64,000 bases of DNA from Gemmatimonadales bacterium (GTDB lineage: Bacteria > Gemmatimonadota > Gemmatimonadetes > Gemmatimonadales > GWC2-71-9), in NCBI GenBank assembly GCA_025927545.1, contig JAICLE010000002.1:36339-100338 (forward strand), written 5' to 3'. This document shows positions 10,130-19,892 of the stretch, piece after piece. The translations under genes were made by a program, and so were the position numbers. The notes under the pieces are model-generated. The model made no database searches. It worked only from the letters and a program-made list of their open reading frames with translations, and was not told the origin of the DNA. Position 1 is the stretch's first letter. Every line of letters starts with the position of its first letter.

Positions 10130-10300
10130 ATGAAACCAGCCACCGACTACATCCGCCACACCGCGAAGCTCGCCCGCAAGCTGCAGATGGACGCGGCGAT
10201 GGGCGGGATGCCACAGCCCGACGCTGACTTCTACAAGGCATTATCCAAGGCGCTGGACGAGATCGCGGCGGGGCTCGAACAGTTGTCGAAAACCGAGTGA
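10130..10300 (+). CDS. small hypothetical protein (56 aa)
   Basis: MKPATDYIRHTAKLARKLQMDAAMGG... from ATG 10130. The stop overlaps the rnd GTG start. No family recognised. Confidence 0.4.
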   Translation: MKPATDYIRHTAKLARKLQMDAAMGGMPQPDADFYKALSKALDEIAAGLEQLSKTE

Positions 10301-11457
10301 GCCCCGGCGTAGCGTTGATCCAGTCGCAGGCGGAGCTGGAAGCGCTGTTCGCGCGACTCCGAGGCGCGCCCCTGCTCGCAGTGGATACGGAGGCGGCGAG
10401 CTTTCACCGATTCACCGACCGGGTCTACCTGCTGCAGATCAGCTCCCGCGAGGAGACGGCGGTCGTGGACCCGCTCGCGGTGGAGAACCTGGCCCCGCTG
10501 GGACAAGTGCTCGCGGATCCGGCGGTGGAGACGGTGTTCCACGACGCCGACTACGATCTGCGGCTGCTCGACCGGGAGTACGGCTACCATGCCTCGAGCC
10601 TGTTCGACACCCGCATCGCCGCACAGCTCCTCAACGAGCCTGGAGTAGGACTCGCAGCCTTGCTCGAGAAGTACCTCGGCGTCAGGCTCGACAAGCGTTT
10701 TCAGCGCGCCGACTGGTCCGCACGGCCGCTCTCGCCCGCGATGCTCGACTACGCGGCAGCGGACACCCGCTTCCTTCCCGAGCTGCGCGACATACTGCGG
10801 ACGCAGCTCGAGGCTCGCGGCCGGCTGGCCTGGGCGCAGGAAGAGTTCGCGCTGCTTCACGACCTGCACTGGAGCCCGGCCGACGGGGAGCCAGGCTATC
10901 TGCGGCTCAAGGGCGCGAAGGCGCTCAAGGCGCGCGAGCTGGCTATCCTGCGGGAGCTATATGCCTGGCGAGAGGGTGTGGCGCAGCGGAACGACCGGGC
11001 CACCTTCCGGATCCTCAACAACGAACCGATGCTCGCCATGGCCAAGACGCCCCCGAGCAACCTGGCCGCGCTCAAGGCAATTCCCGGGGTCGGCGGCGAA
11101 CAGGCCGAGCGGCGGGGCCGCGAGATCCTGGAGGCTGTCCGGCGCGGCCTCGCGCTTCCGGATGCGGAGCTGCCCCGAGTCGAGCGGGCACCGCGCCGAG
11201 TCTACGATCCCGCGCTGGAGGCGCGGCTCGACCGGCTCAAGACCGTCCGAAATCAGCTCGCCACCAAGCTCGAGCTCGCACCGGGCGTGCTGTGCCCGAA
11301 CGGGACCCTGGAGGCGATCGCCCGGCTGAATCCGAGGACGCTCGAGGAACTGGAGGCGGTGCCGGGGTTGAGGGCCTGGCAGCGGGGTGAGATCGGGGCG
11401 GACCTGCTGGCGGCGGTAGCGGAGACCGGAACCAAGGGAACCGGCGCGGGAACCTGA
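10297..11457 (+). CDS. rnd: ribonuclease D (DEDD 3'-5' exonuclease + HRDC)
   Basis: 386 aa. It shows LAVDTEA, FHDADYDLRLL and YAAADTRFL (Exo I-III motifs), followed by an HRDC-like region. Confidence 0.85.
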   Translation: MSPGVALIQSQAELEALFARLRGAPLLAVDTEAASFHRFTDRVYLLQISSREETAVVDPLAVENLAPLGQVLADPAVETVFHDADYDLRLLDREYGYHASSLFDTRIAAQLLNEPGVGLAALLEKYLGVRLDKRFQRADWSARPLSPAMLDYAAADTRFLPELRDILRTQLEARGRLAWAQEEFALLHDLHWSPADGEPGYLRLKGAKALKARELAILRELYAWREGVAQRNDRATFRILNNEPMLAMAKTPPSNLAALKAIPGVGGEQAERRGREILEAVRRGLALPDAELPRVERAPRRVYDPALEARLDRLKTVRNQLATKLELAPGVLCPNGTLEAIARLNPRTLEELEAVPGLRAWQRGEIGADLLAAVAETGTKGTGAGT

Positions 11458-11486
11458 CTTCCCTCCGGCGACTTACGACGAACCGC

Positions 11487-11813
11487 TCAGAACCCGAGAA
11501 ACGCGCGCACCCGAGGGTCCATCTTGTCCGGCGTCCAGTAGGGATCCCACACCAGCTCGACCTCAACTCCCTGGACGCCTTCCAGATCGGACACGACTGC
11601 CTTCACGTCGTCAGTGATCTCGGTGCCGGCCGGGCACCCCGGCGAGGTGAGTGTCATCCGGATGTGCACCTCGCCGGCGGCGCTCACCTCGATATCGTAG
11701 ACCAGGCCGATGTCGATGATATTGAGGTTGAGCTCCGGATCCTTCACGGTCCGGAGTGCCTTCCGGACCGTCTCAGGCGTGGGCGCTGCGGGACCTGCCG
11801 TCGCGTCAGTCAT
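11487..11813 (-). CDS. sufT: SufT/DUF59 (MIP18-family) Fe-S cluster assembly protein
   Basis: 108 aa. VKDPELNLNIIDIGLVYDI...MTLTSPGCPAG is the DUF59 signature. Confidence 0.85.
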   Translation of the reverse strand: MTDATAGPAAPTPETVRKALRTVKDPELNLNIIDIGLVYDIEVSAAGEVHIRMTLTSPGCPAGTEITDDVKAVVSDLEGVQGVEVELVWDPYWTPDKMDPRVRAFLGF

Positions 11814-11864
11814 GCCCGAAAGTTAACAGCGTGTCCCCTGGAGTGGAGCACGATCCAGCTCCCG

Positions 11865-13049
11865 CTAACAGCGGGAGACCAACTCCTGAGCGCAGCCGTG
11901 CGGCACCAACCGGATGGCGGCGTCAGACAGCGCCGCCCGCACGACCTTCAACTCCTTGAGCGAGTCGCGAGTCCTCGGGTCGAAGGCGCGATTGGTCAGA
12001 AACACGAGGTAGAGGTCGCGCGAGGGGTCGATCCAGAGCTCCGTCCCGGTGAAGCCGGTGTGACCGTACGCGGCGTCGCTGATCAGGGTCCCGAAGACGC
12101 TGGGCTCGTCGCCTTCCAGCTCGGGGGTGTCCCAGCCAAGGAGGCGTGAGCCGCTGTTGGGTCCCTTGACGAGAAACCGGCGGATGGTCGCCGGGCTCAC
12201 CCACTGCTCCCTGGGTCCGGCTCCGGCGCGGAGCCACACTGTCGCATACCGGGCCAGGTCCATGCCGGTCGAGAACACTCCGGCGTGCCCGGCCACCCCG
12301 CCCATCGCAACGGCGTTCTGGTCGTTGACCTGGCCGGGGACGGGATGCCCGCGCCAGATGCCGCTAGGCACGATCCGCGGCCGGAGCGAGGCGGGCGGCC
12401 TGTACATCGTGCTGCTCAGGCCAAGCGGAATGAAGACTTCGCGCCGCGCGAGCTGGTCAAGCGGCACGCCGGAGATCTTCTCGACCACGAGTCCCAGCAG
12501 GAGCGCGTTGAGGTCGCTGTATTCGGCGCTGTCGCCCGGCGCGCGGACCAGCGGCTGGGCGTACAGCAGATCGATCATGCGCGCCCGGCTTCGGTGTGCC
12601 CTGGTGTAAAACGGGACATAGCTCCGAAGACCGCTCGTATGATCGAGCAGCATGCGCACGGTCACCCGGTTCTTGGGGCCCCCGGAGAACCGGGGCAGAT
12701 AGCGGTGGACCGGCGCGTCGAGCTGCAGCTTGTTCCGATCCACGAGCCGCATCGCCGCGCTGGTCGTAGCCACGATCTTGGTGATCGAGGCGATGTCCCA
12801 CATTGTCGAATCCGGATCGGGGACGCGCGAGGCCGGGCTCCAGGTGTAGTGGCCATACCCGCGGGCATAGAGAACCGAGTCCCGCCGGCCGATGACCACC
12901 ACGGCCCCGGGATACAGGCCACGCTGGATGCCGTCCCGGACCGTCGCATCGACCTCGGCGAACGATTGGGCAACGGCGGCCGTGGCACCGAGCATCACGG
13001 CGAGCATTCCCCCGAGGACCCCGGCGGGCCTGGGGATCGTGATGACCAT
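11865..13049 (-). CDS. serine hydrolase, class C beta-lactamase/PBP4*-like family, secreted
   Basis: 394 aa from ATG 13049. It has a signal peptide (MVITIPRPAGVLGGMLAVMLGATAAVAQ) and the SxxK motif SITK. The 564-aa track ORF carries an Arg/Pro-rich spurious extension. Confidence 0.85.
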   Translation of the reverse strand: MVITIPRPAGVLGGMLAVMLGATAAVAQSFAEVDATVRDGIQRGLYPGAVVVIGRRDSVLYARGYGHYTWSPASRVPDPDSTMWDIASITKIVATTSAAMRLVDRNKLQLDAPVHRYLPRFSGGPKNRVTVRMLLDHTSGLRSYVPFYTRAHRSRARMIDLLYAQPLVRAPGDSAEYSDLNALLLGLVVEKISGVPLDQLARREVFIPLGLSSTMYRPPASLRPRIVPSGIWRGHPVPGQVNDQNAVAMGGVAGHAGVFSTGMDLARYATVWLRAGAGPREQWVSPATIRRFLVKGPNSGSRLLGWDTPELEGDEPSVFGTLISDAAYGHTGFTGTELWIDPSRDLYLVFLTNRAFDPRTRDSLKELKVVRAALSDAAIRLVPHGCAQELVSRC

Positions 13050-13165
13050 GCGCAGCTCCACCTTGCGGAATGCGGTCGCGCGGGAGCGGTCCGGGACCGG
13101 TGGGTTGGGCGAGCGGAACCTGGGGTGCGGACCGGCAACGATCGTGCCCACCACCACGGCACGGC

Positions 13166-13963
13166 CTAGCGGCCGCGGCCTGCCACCAGATCGCGTACGG
13201 GGCCGGGAGGCAGGCGGTAGAGCACCGCAGCGGTGCGCCGGTCGCGGTCGGAAAGGACCCCGGTGCGCGTGGCGGGGAACATCACGTCGTTGGAGTCCGC
13301 CGAGTGCGGCAGTCCGATCGCGTGCCCTGTCTCGTGCACCGCGACCGAGAGGAGGGCGTCGTCCGGCAGAATGACGCCGGTGTTGGTGCGAAGCGCGAGC
13401 GAAACCAGCGCCCGCCGCACCCGTCCCGACTGGTCCCAGGTGAGGTCGGTCTGCCCGGCGCGATCGAAGTCGAAGTGATCGATCCACCGCACCAGGATGT
13501 CGGCCTGACTGGTGTCCCGGACGAGGGCGAAACGCAGCCCGATGCCCAGACCTTCCCACCGATCGAGCGCGGTCCGCACATACCCGGCCATCCGCGGGTC
13601 GTAATCCGGCGGCCCCCCCTCCATGATTGCGACCCGGATGGGCAAGCCCCAGCGGTCGGGCCAGCGCCGCACCACGGAGTCGGTGCTCAGTATGAGCGAG
13701 TCGAGGTAGGTGGACCCCGCCTCGCGGGACAGCGCCTCGCGCGCAGCCAGCCGGGCCAGGCGAGTCGCGCCCGCCTCGCCAGCTCCGCCCGCCGGTGCTC
13801 GGGCGGCATCTGTCGGCCGCCGCCTGAGATCCGGTGTGGCGCTCCGAGTCTCGCTGGCCACCTGGTCGCTGCCCGATGGCCCGCGGTTGAGCGCACGGGA
13901 CACCCGATCGGCGAGTACCAGCACGAGCAGCCCGAGAGTGAGCAGAGGAAGGAAACGCCGCAT
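13166..13963 (-). CDS. matrixin-like zinc metalloprotease (peptidase M10 fold), secreted
   Basis: It has an N-terminal hydrophobic signal (MRRFLPLLTLGLLVLVLA), the motif HETGHAIGLPH (HExxHxxGxxH) and a following DVMFP Met-turn. Confidence 0.8.
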   Translation of the reverse strand: MRRFLPLLTLGLLVLVLADRVSRALNRGPSGSDQVASETRSATPDLRRRPTDAARAPAGGAGEAGATRLARLAAREALSREAGSTYLDSLILSTDSVVRRWPDRWGLPIRVAIMEGGPPDYDPRMAGYVRTALDRWEGLGIGLRFALVRDTSQADILVRWIDHFDFDRAGQTDLTWDQSGRVRRALVSLALRTNTGVILPDDALLSVAVHETGHAIGLPHSADSNDVMFPATRTGVLSDRDRRTAAVLYRLPPGPVRDLVAGRGR

Positions 13964-14093
13964 GACCTCAATATGGATGCGGCTCCGCTCCCGCCGCCAG
14001 CGGTGCCGCGTTCTGCTGGCGCAGCGCCCCCTGGTGGTCTAAGCTTTTGCCACCGCCGAGGCGGGCCGGACTCCGGGAGGGCTTCTGAACCTG

Positions 14094-16358
14094 ATGGACC
14101 GATATGCCCGGGCGCTGGTGCGCCGGCCCTGGGCAGTGCTCGTGGTGTGGGCGGTCATCGGCGCCGTGGCGGCCGTCCAGGCTCCCAAGACGCCGTCCCG
14201 GCTGAACATCCGGGGCGGAAGCACCCATCACACCGAGGCCTCGATCACGGAGGCGTTGCTGGCTGAGCGTTTCAGCCGGCCCATCGGCGAGTTCTTTGCG
14301 GTCACGATGCACTCTCCCGAGCGCCTCGACGAACCGGAGCCGAGGGCGGCGCTCGACAGCCTGCTCGCCGCCCTCGGGCGCCAGCCCTATGTTCGGGGAG
14401 TCATCTCCTACCGCAGCACCGGCGACACCACCTTCCTGAGCGGCGATCGCCGGGGCACCTTCGCCATCGTGGCGCTCGAGGCGACACCCGGCGACAGCGC
14501 GGGCGCGCTGGTGATGCCCGTCCGGCGCCTCGTGCGCGAGACGATGGGACGCGTCCCCGGCGGCGAGCGCTACCGTGTCCGGATTACGGGCCGGGCACCA
14601 CTCGACCTGGACGTCCGCACCGTGGTGACGCGCGACAGCGCGGAGGGCGAGGAGCGGCTGCTGCCGCTCACGCTGATCATCCTGGTCCTCGCGTTCGGTG
14701 CGCTGGTGGCGGCGGCGCTCCCCCTCATCGTGGGGGTGCTGGCGATCGCGGTGTCGCTTACCATCATCGGCGGCCTCGCGCGGTTCACGCCGATGTCGGT
14801 CTTCGTGCTCAACATGACCACCATGATCGGCCTGGGCGTCGGGATCGACTACTCCCTGCTGGTCGTCACCCGTTTCCGTGAGGAGCTGGCGCGTGGGACC
14901 CGGCGGCGTCAGGCCGCGGCCAATACGATGGCGACCGCGGGGCGGGCCGTGATCACGTCGGGGCTCACGGTATTCGTGGGCTTCGGCGCGCTGCTGCTCA
15001 CTCCCCTGATCGAAACGCGGAGCGTCGGCATCGGCGGCCTGGTGGTGGTGGCGGTCGCGGTGACCCTCTCGATCACGCTGCTCCCCGCCCTGTTGGCCGT
15101 GCTCGGCCGAGAGATCGACCGGCCCCGCTGGCTCGCGCGCCGGCTCACCTGGTACCATGCACCGCAGGTCTGGGAGAAGTGGGCCCGGACGCTGAGCCGG
15201 CACCCGGTTCGCGCGCTGGCCTATGGCGGCGTCATCATCGCGATCCTCACGCTCCCCGTCTTCTACATCAGGATCGGGCTGCCCTCGCGACACTGGTGGC
15301 CCGCCGGCACCGAGGCCGGTGAGGGGCTCGACGCGCTGTCCGCGATGGGCGTAGCCGGTTTCATCCAGCCGGTGCGCGTCCTGGTGCAGTTGCCGGAGGG
15401 CCGGAGCGCGACCGACGCGGCGGCGCTCCGTGGCCTCATGACGCTGGCAGATTCGCTCGGGGCCGACCCCCGGGTGCGCGAGATCCGGAGCCTAGTCAAC
15501 CTGGAGCCGCACGGCAGCCTGCTCGGCTACTCCGTGCTCTACAGCGACCTCCCTGCGGCCCGCGCCCGGTTCCCCGATTTCCTGGACGCCTACCTGAGCA
15601 CCGACCGGCGGCTCACGCTGATGGACGTCATCCTCGCCGACACCACGTCGCTCACGACCGCGACCGACGTGGTGCTGCACGCGCGCCAGCTCGCGCGGGC
15701 GCAGCTCCGCGGCACGAAGGGCATGACGATCACCGTCGGCGGCTATTCGGCGGCAGCGCTCGATTTCCAGGAGGATCTGCTGGCGCGCTTTCCGCTCCTG
15801 GTCGCGCTGATTCTCGGCGCTACCGGCGTGATGCTCGCGGTGGCGTTCAGATCGGTGCTCGTGCCGCTCAAGGCCATCGTCATGAACACGCTCTCGGTGA
15901 GCGCCACGTTCGGGCTGCTCGTGCTCGTCTTCCAGTACGGCGTGGGGGCGCGGCTCTTCGGGCTGGATGGACCGACGTCGGCGATTTTCGTCGCCGTGCC
16001 GGTCCTGGTGTTCGCCGTGGTGTTCGGGCTCAGCATGGACTACGAGGTCTTCCTGTTGAGCCGGATCAAGGAAGCGTTCGACCGGAGCGGGAGGAACACG
16101 GAGGCCACGATGGAGGGGTTGAGCGCCACAGCCTCGGTCATCACCTCGGCGGCACTCGTCATGATTCTGGTGTTCGGCATCTTCGCCTTCGCGCGCTCGC
16201 TACCCATGCAGCTCATGGGGTTCGGGCTCGCGGTGGCGGTGCTGCTGGACGCGACGGTGATCCGGAGGGTGCTGGTGCCGGCGTTCATGCAGGCGATGGG
16301 CCGGTGGAACTGGTGGCCGGGGGTGCGGCGGCGAAGGACGAAGGAGCCGGGGCTCTAG
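14094..16358 (+). CDS. MMPL-family (RND superfamily) membrane transporter
   Basis: 754 aa with two 6-TM blocks. Each block is followed by the typical GIDYSLLVVTRFREEL / SMDYEVFLLSRIKEAF motif of MMPL proteins. Confidence 0.85.
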   Translation: MDRYARALVRRPWAVLVVWAVIGAVAAVQAPKTPSRLNIRGGSTHHTEASITEALLAERFSRPIGEFFAVTMHSPERLDEPEPRAALDSLLAALGRQPYVRGVISYRSTGDTTFLSGDRRGTFAIVALEATPGDSAGALVMPVRRLVRETMGRVPGGERYRVRITGRAPLDLDVRTVVTRDSAEGEERLLPLTLIILVLAFGALVAAALPLIVGVLAIAVSLTIIGGLARFTPMSVFVLNMTTMIGLGVGIDYSLLVVTRFREELARGTRRRQAAANTMATAGRAVITSGLTVFVGFGALLLTPLIETRSVGIGGLVVVAVAVTLSITLLPALLAVLGREIDRPRWLARRLTWYHAPQVWEKWARTLSRHPVRALAYGGVIIAILTLPVFYIRIGLPSRHWWPAGTEAGEGLDALSAMGVAGFIQPVRVLVQLPEGRSATDAAALRGLMTLADSLGADPRVREIRSLVNLEPHGSLLGYSVLYSDLPAARARFPDFLDAYLSTDRRLTLMDVILADTTSLTTATDVVLHARQLARAQLRGTKGMTITVGGYSAAALDFQEDLLARFPLLVALILGATGVMLAVAFRSVLVPLKAIVMNTLSVSATFGLLVLVFQYGVGARLFGLDGPTSAIFVAVPVLVFAVVFGLSMDYEVFLLSRIKEAFDRSGRNTEATMEGLSATASVITSAALVMILVFGIFAFARSLPMQLMGFGLAVAVLLDATVIRRVLVPAFMQAMGRWNWWPGVRRRRTKEPGL

Positions 16359-16360
16359 GC

Positions 16361-16864
16361 TTACCGCGCCTGACCGCTGCCCACCGCGTGCGCCGCGAGC
16401 TCGTTCAGCCCGGTTGCGAACGTCACCGCCAGCCAGCCGATGATCCCGAGCAGCGCCAGCGCCAGGGCGATGCCGACCACGGCGAGGCGCTGCCCGTCAT
16501 CGCGCCGGGCGGTCGTCCGTACCTCCAGGGCGGCCGCCGGGCTCCGGAGCCGAGCGTACGCTTCGCGGCGGCGTTCCCGTTCATCCTCGTCATCAGGGAG
16601 ACTCCGCGCAAGCGACGTGAGCGACGGCAGCTCCGGGAGCGCGAGGCCGTCGAGCGATGGGGGCCGATAACGGAGCCGCGCCGCCCAGGCCGCCCGGATT
16701 TCGGGGTGCATTCCCACCGGCTGCGAGCTCTGCCGCACGGCGTCGAACACCGGGGTGGTGGGTGTGACCAGCCCGGCTTCGAGGGCGTCGAGGACGGCTT
16801 CGACGTCGGCGAACTCGAAGTCTCCGGCATCGGGGTCGCTGCAGACGAACCGTGCGCCGCTCAT
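16361..16864 (-). CDS. hypothetical protein with C-terminal transmembrane helix
   Basis: 167 aa. The ATG overlaps the polA stop (ATGA). It carries a C-terminal TM segment, LAVVGIALALALLGIIGWLAV. No family recognised. Confidence 0.6.
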   Translation of the reverse strand: MSGARFVCSDPDAGDFEFADVEAVLDALEAGLVTPTTPVFDAVRQSSQPVGMHPEIRAAWAARLRYRPPSLDGLALPELPSLTSLARSLPDDEDERERRREAYARLRSPAAALEVRTTARRDDGQRLAVVGIALALALLGIIGWLAVTFATGLNELAAHAVGSGQAR

Positions 16865-19788
16865 CGCTTGGCGTCCAGCCAGTCGGGCCCCACGCCGATC
16901 TCCACCACGAGCGGCACCCGGAGCTGCACTACCTGCTCCATGTGCGTGCGCACCAGCACTCGCAGCGCGTCCATCTCCTGGGGCGGCCCCTCGAAGACCA
17001 GCTCATCGTGCACCTGCAGCAGCATCCGGCTCTCGAGCTTCTGCTCGCGGAGCGCGGCATGGATCCGGATCATGGCGAGCTTGATGAGATCGGCGGCTGA
17101 GCCCTGGAGCGGCGAGTTCTGCGCGTTGCGCTCGCCGTAGGCCCGCATGTTGAAGTTGCGGTCACGGATCTCGGGGATATAGCGCCGGCGCTGGAACAGG
17201 GTCTCGACATAGCCCTGCTCACGCGCGAGACGCACCTGCGCGTCCAGGAAGGCGCGCACCCCCGCGAAGCGCTCGAAGTAGCGGGCGATGAACGTCCTGG
17301 CGTCCTCCTGCGAGATGCCGAGCTGCCGGCTGAGCGCGAACGGCCCCTGCCCGTAGATGGTCGCGAAGTTGATCGTCTTCGCGCGCGCGCGCATGTCGGG
17401 CGTGACCTGCTCGAGAGGGACCGCGAAGATCAAGGCGGCGGTCTGCCGGTGAATGTCGCCACCCTGGTGGAATGCTTCGATGAAGGCCGGATCGCCCGAG
17501 AGGTGGGCCATGAGCCGCAGCTCGATCTGCGAGTAGTCGGCGACGAGGAAGCTCCAGCCGGCGCGGGGCACGAAGCCCCGGCGGATCGCCTCGCCGCGTG
17601 GCGTGCGCACCGGGATGTTCTGCAGGTTGGGCTCCGAGGAGCTGAGCCGCCCGGTGGCCGCACCGGTCTGGTTGAAGCTGGTGTGGATGCGTCCCGTGTG
17701 GCGGTTCACGCGCTCCGGCAGCGTATCCACGTAGGTGCTCTTGAGCTTCTGCAGCTCGCGGTATTCGAGAATCAGGCGCGGCAGTTCGTGGCCCATTGCC
17801 GCAAGTTGTTCGAGGACGTCGGCGTCGGTGCTGGGCCCGGTCTTGGTGCGCTTCAGGATCGGGAGCTGCTGCTTCTCGAACAGAATGGCCGCGAGCTGGC
17901 GGGGCGAGTTCAGATTGAGCGCCTCGCCGGCGACGGTGGCGATCTCGGCCTCGAGCCGGGCCAGCTCGACGCCGAGCTCCGCGCTCAGGCGGGCGAACAC
18001 CTCGGGATCGATCGAGATCCCGTCCCATTCCATGTCGGTCAGTACCGGGATGAGCGGCATCTCGATGTCGCGGAGCAGCGGCTCCATCGCCATCTCCCGC
18101 AGCGCGGGCGCGAGCCGCTCGCGGAGCGCCAGCACGGTGCCGCTGTCGGCGCCGCAGTACGCCGCCGCTGCCGCGATGGGCACCTCGGCGAACGGGATCT
18201 CCGCCTTCCCCTTCCCCGCCACGTCGGCGTACGTCTGCATGCCGCGTCCCAGGTGCTCGAGGCAGAGCGTGTCGATGGCGTGCGACCGGCGGCCGGGATC
18301 GAGGACGAAGCTGGCGAGCATCGAGTCATACGCCACGCCGGCGAGCTCTACCCCGGCGCGGCGGAGCACCTGCCAGTCGTACTTGATGTTGTGGCCGGCT
18401 TTCGGAGCCGCCGGGTCCTCGAGCAGCGCGAACAGCGGCGCGCAGGCAAAGTCGGTGATCGGCGGGAGATTCCTGACCGGCTCGGGTGCGGCGAGCTCAC
18501 CCGCCGGCGGGCGATGGCCGAACGGCAGGTACCAGACCTCGCCCGGGCTCGCCGCCAGCGAAAGACCGACCAATTCTGCATCGTGCGGCTCGAGCGAGCT
18601 GGTCTCGGTGTCGAGCGCCATGATCGGCGCGGCGCGCAGGCGCTCGACCAGCGCGGGAAGCTCGTCGGGGTCGTCAACGATCGTGACCTCGGGCGCCGGA
18701 CCTTCGTCGAGGGCGAGCCAGTCGGCGGCCGTGGCCGGGAGGGTGGCGCTGGCCGCGGCTACGAGTGCGCCCCCGTCGTCCGGAACGGCACCTTGGGACC
18801 ACGAGTCGGGCACCACCGAGGCCACCCGGCCGGTTTCCAGGCCTGCGTCGGCCTCCGCGGCTGCATCCCCAACCGCGGCCGGCCCCCCCTGCCCGCCCAA
18901 CCGCCTCGCCAGCGAAAAGAACTCCAGCTCCGTCAGCAACCGGATCAGTGACTCGCGGTCGGGCTCCTGGAGCACGAGATCGCCGACATCGAGCTCAACC
19001 GGCACATCGCGCTTGATCGTGACGAGCTCCTGGGAAAGCCGCGCCGCATCGGCCTGCGCGAGGAGCGCCTCCCGGCTGCGCTTGGCCGTGACTTCGCCGG
19101 CGCGGGACAGAATCGTCTCCAGGTCGCCGTACTCGGCGAGCAACTTCTGGGCGCCCTTCTCGCCGATGCCCTTTACGCCGGGCACGTTGTCCGAGCTGTC
19201 GCCCACGAGCGCGAGAAAGTCCACCACCTGGTGCGGCGGGACGCCCAGCCGTTCGGCGGCGTTCGCCTCGTTGACCCATATCTCGTCGACGGCAGCCGGC
19301 CCACCGCGGCCCGGGTTCAGGAGAGTGATCCCGGGGCCGATGAGCTGGTAGAAGTCCTTGTCGCCCGAGACGATCACGGCCTGGAGCCCTCGCCCGGCGG
19401 CGGCGTGGGCCAGGGTTCCGATCACGTCGTCGGCCTCGTATCCCCTGACGGCGACGAGCGGGATCCGAAAGGCCTCGAGCAGCGTGCAGATCCGCTCGAC
19501 CGCGGTGTCGAAATCGGCCTGCAGCGACTCGTCGAGCTTCGCGCGGGTGGACTTGTACTCGGGGTAGCGCTCCTGCCGGAAGGAGGTGCCGGCGTCGTTG
19601 ACCCAGCACACGTAGTCGGGCCGGTACTTCTCACGCAGGCGGACCAGGAAGTTCACGACGCCCCAAGCCGCGGAGGTGTTCTCTCCACGGGCGGTGCGGA
19701 GCGGCCGCGAGATCATCGCGTAGAAGGCGCGATAGATCAGGGCGTAGCCGTCGATGAGGAAGAGCTGGGGGGGCGTGTGGTTGGGCAT
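16861..19788 (-). CDS. polA: DNA polymerase I
   Basis: 975 aa. It has an N-terminal 5' nuclease domain (LFLIDGYALIYRAFYA), a 3'-5' exonuclease-like domain, and polymerase motifs DYSQIELRLMAHLSGD and QVHDELVFE. Confidence 0.97.
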   Translation of the reverse strand: MPNHTPPQLFLIDGYALIYRAFYAMISRPLRTARGENTSAAWGVVNFLVRLREKYRPDYVCWVNDAGTSFRQERYPEYKSTRAKLDESLQADFDTAVERICTLLEAFRIPLVAVRGYEADDVIGTLAHAAAGRGLQAVIVSGDKDFYQLIGPGITLLNPGRGGPAAVDEIWVNEANAAERLGVPPHQVVDFLALVGDSSDNVPGVKGIGEKGAQKLLAEYGDLETILSRAGEVTAKRSREALLAQADAARLSQELVTIKRDVPVELDVGDLVLQEPDRESLIRLLTELEFFSLARRLGGQGGPAAVGDAAAEADAGLETGRVASVVPDSWSQGAVPDDGGALVAAASATLPATAADWLALDEGPAPEVTIVDDPDELPALVERLRAAPIMALDTETSSLEPHDAELVGLSLAASPGEVWYLPFGHRPPAGELAAPEPVRNLPPITDFACAPLFALLEDPAAPKAGHNIKYDWQVLRRAGVELAGVAYDSMLASFVLDPGRRSHAIDTLCLEHLGRGMQTYADVAGKGKAEIPFAEVPIAAAAAYCGADSGTVLALRERLAPALREMAMEPLLRDIEMPLIPVLTDMEWDGISIDPEVFARLSAELGVELARLEAEIATVAGEALNLNSPRQLAAILFEKQQLPILKRTKTGPSTDADVLEQLAAMGHELPRLILEYRELQKLKSTYVDTLPERVNRHTGRIHTSFNQTGAATGRLSSSEPNLQNIPVRTPRGEAIRRGFVPRAGWSFLVADYSQIELRLMAHLSGDPAFIEAFHQGGDIHRQTAALIFAVPLEQVTPDMRARAKTINFATIYGQGPFALSRQLGISQEDARTFIARYFERFAGVRAFLDAQVRLAREQGYVETLFQRRRYIPEIRDRNFNMRAYGERNAQNSPLQGSAADLIKLAMIRIHAALREQKLESRMLLQVHDELVFEGPPQEMDALRVLVRTHMEQVVQLRVPLVVEIGVGPDWLDAKR

Positions 19789-19805
19789 CGGTTGGAAGAT
19801 AAGGT

Positions 19806-19889
19806 GGGAAGGCGGAAGGACGGAAAGACGGAAGGGCCGCCGCTACGTCTTTCAGTATTTCCGTCCTTCCGCCTTTCCGCCCTTCCGCC
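19806..19889. repeat. octamer-array inverted repeat element, copy 1
   Basis: GGGAAGGC GGAAGGAC GGAAAGAC GGAAGGGC, then 20 nt, then TTTCCGTC CTTCCGCC TTTCCGCC CTTCCGCC. 19811-19835 can pair with 19865-19889 (23/25). It contains the 15-mer CGGAAGGACGGAAAG, which is also found at 56268 and 61951. Confidence 0.9.
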
Positions 19890-19892
19890 TCT

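Noticed and set aside
19806-19889. CRISPR array or minisatellite interpretation of the octamer arrays
   Set aside because: The units are 8 bp and contiguous, with no spacers, so this is not a CRISPR array. No cas genes are in the window. The paired inverted arrays argue for a hairpin-forming element rather than a simple slippage minisatellite.
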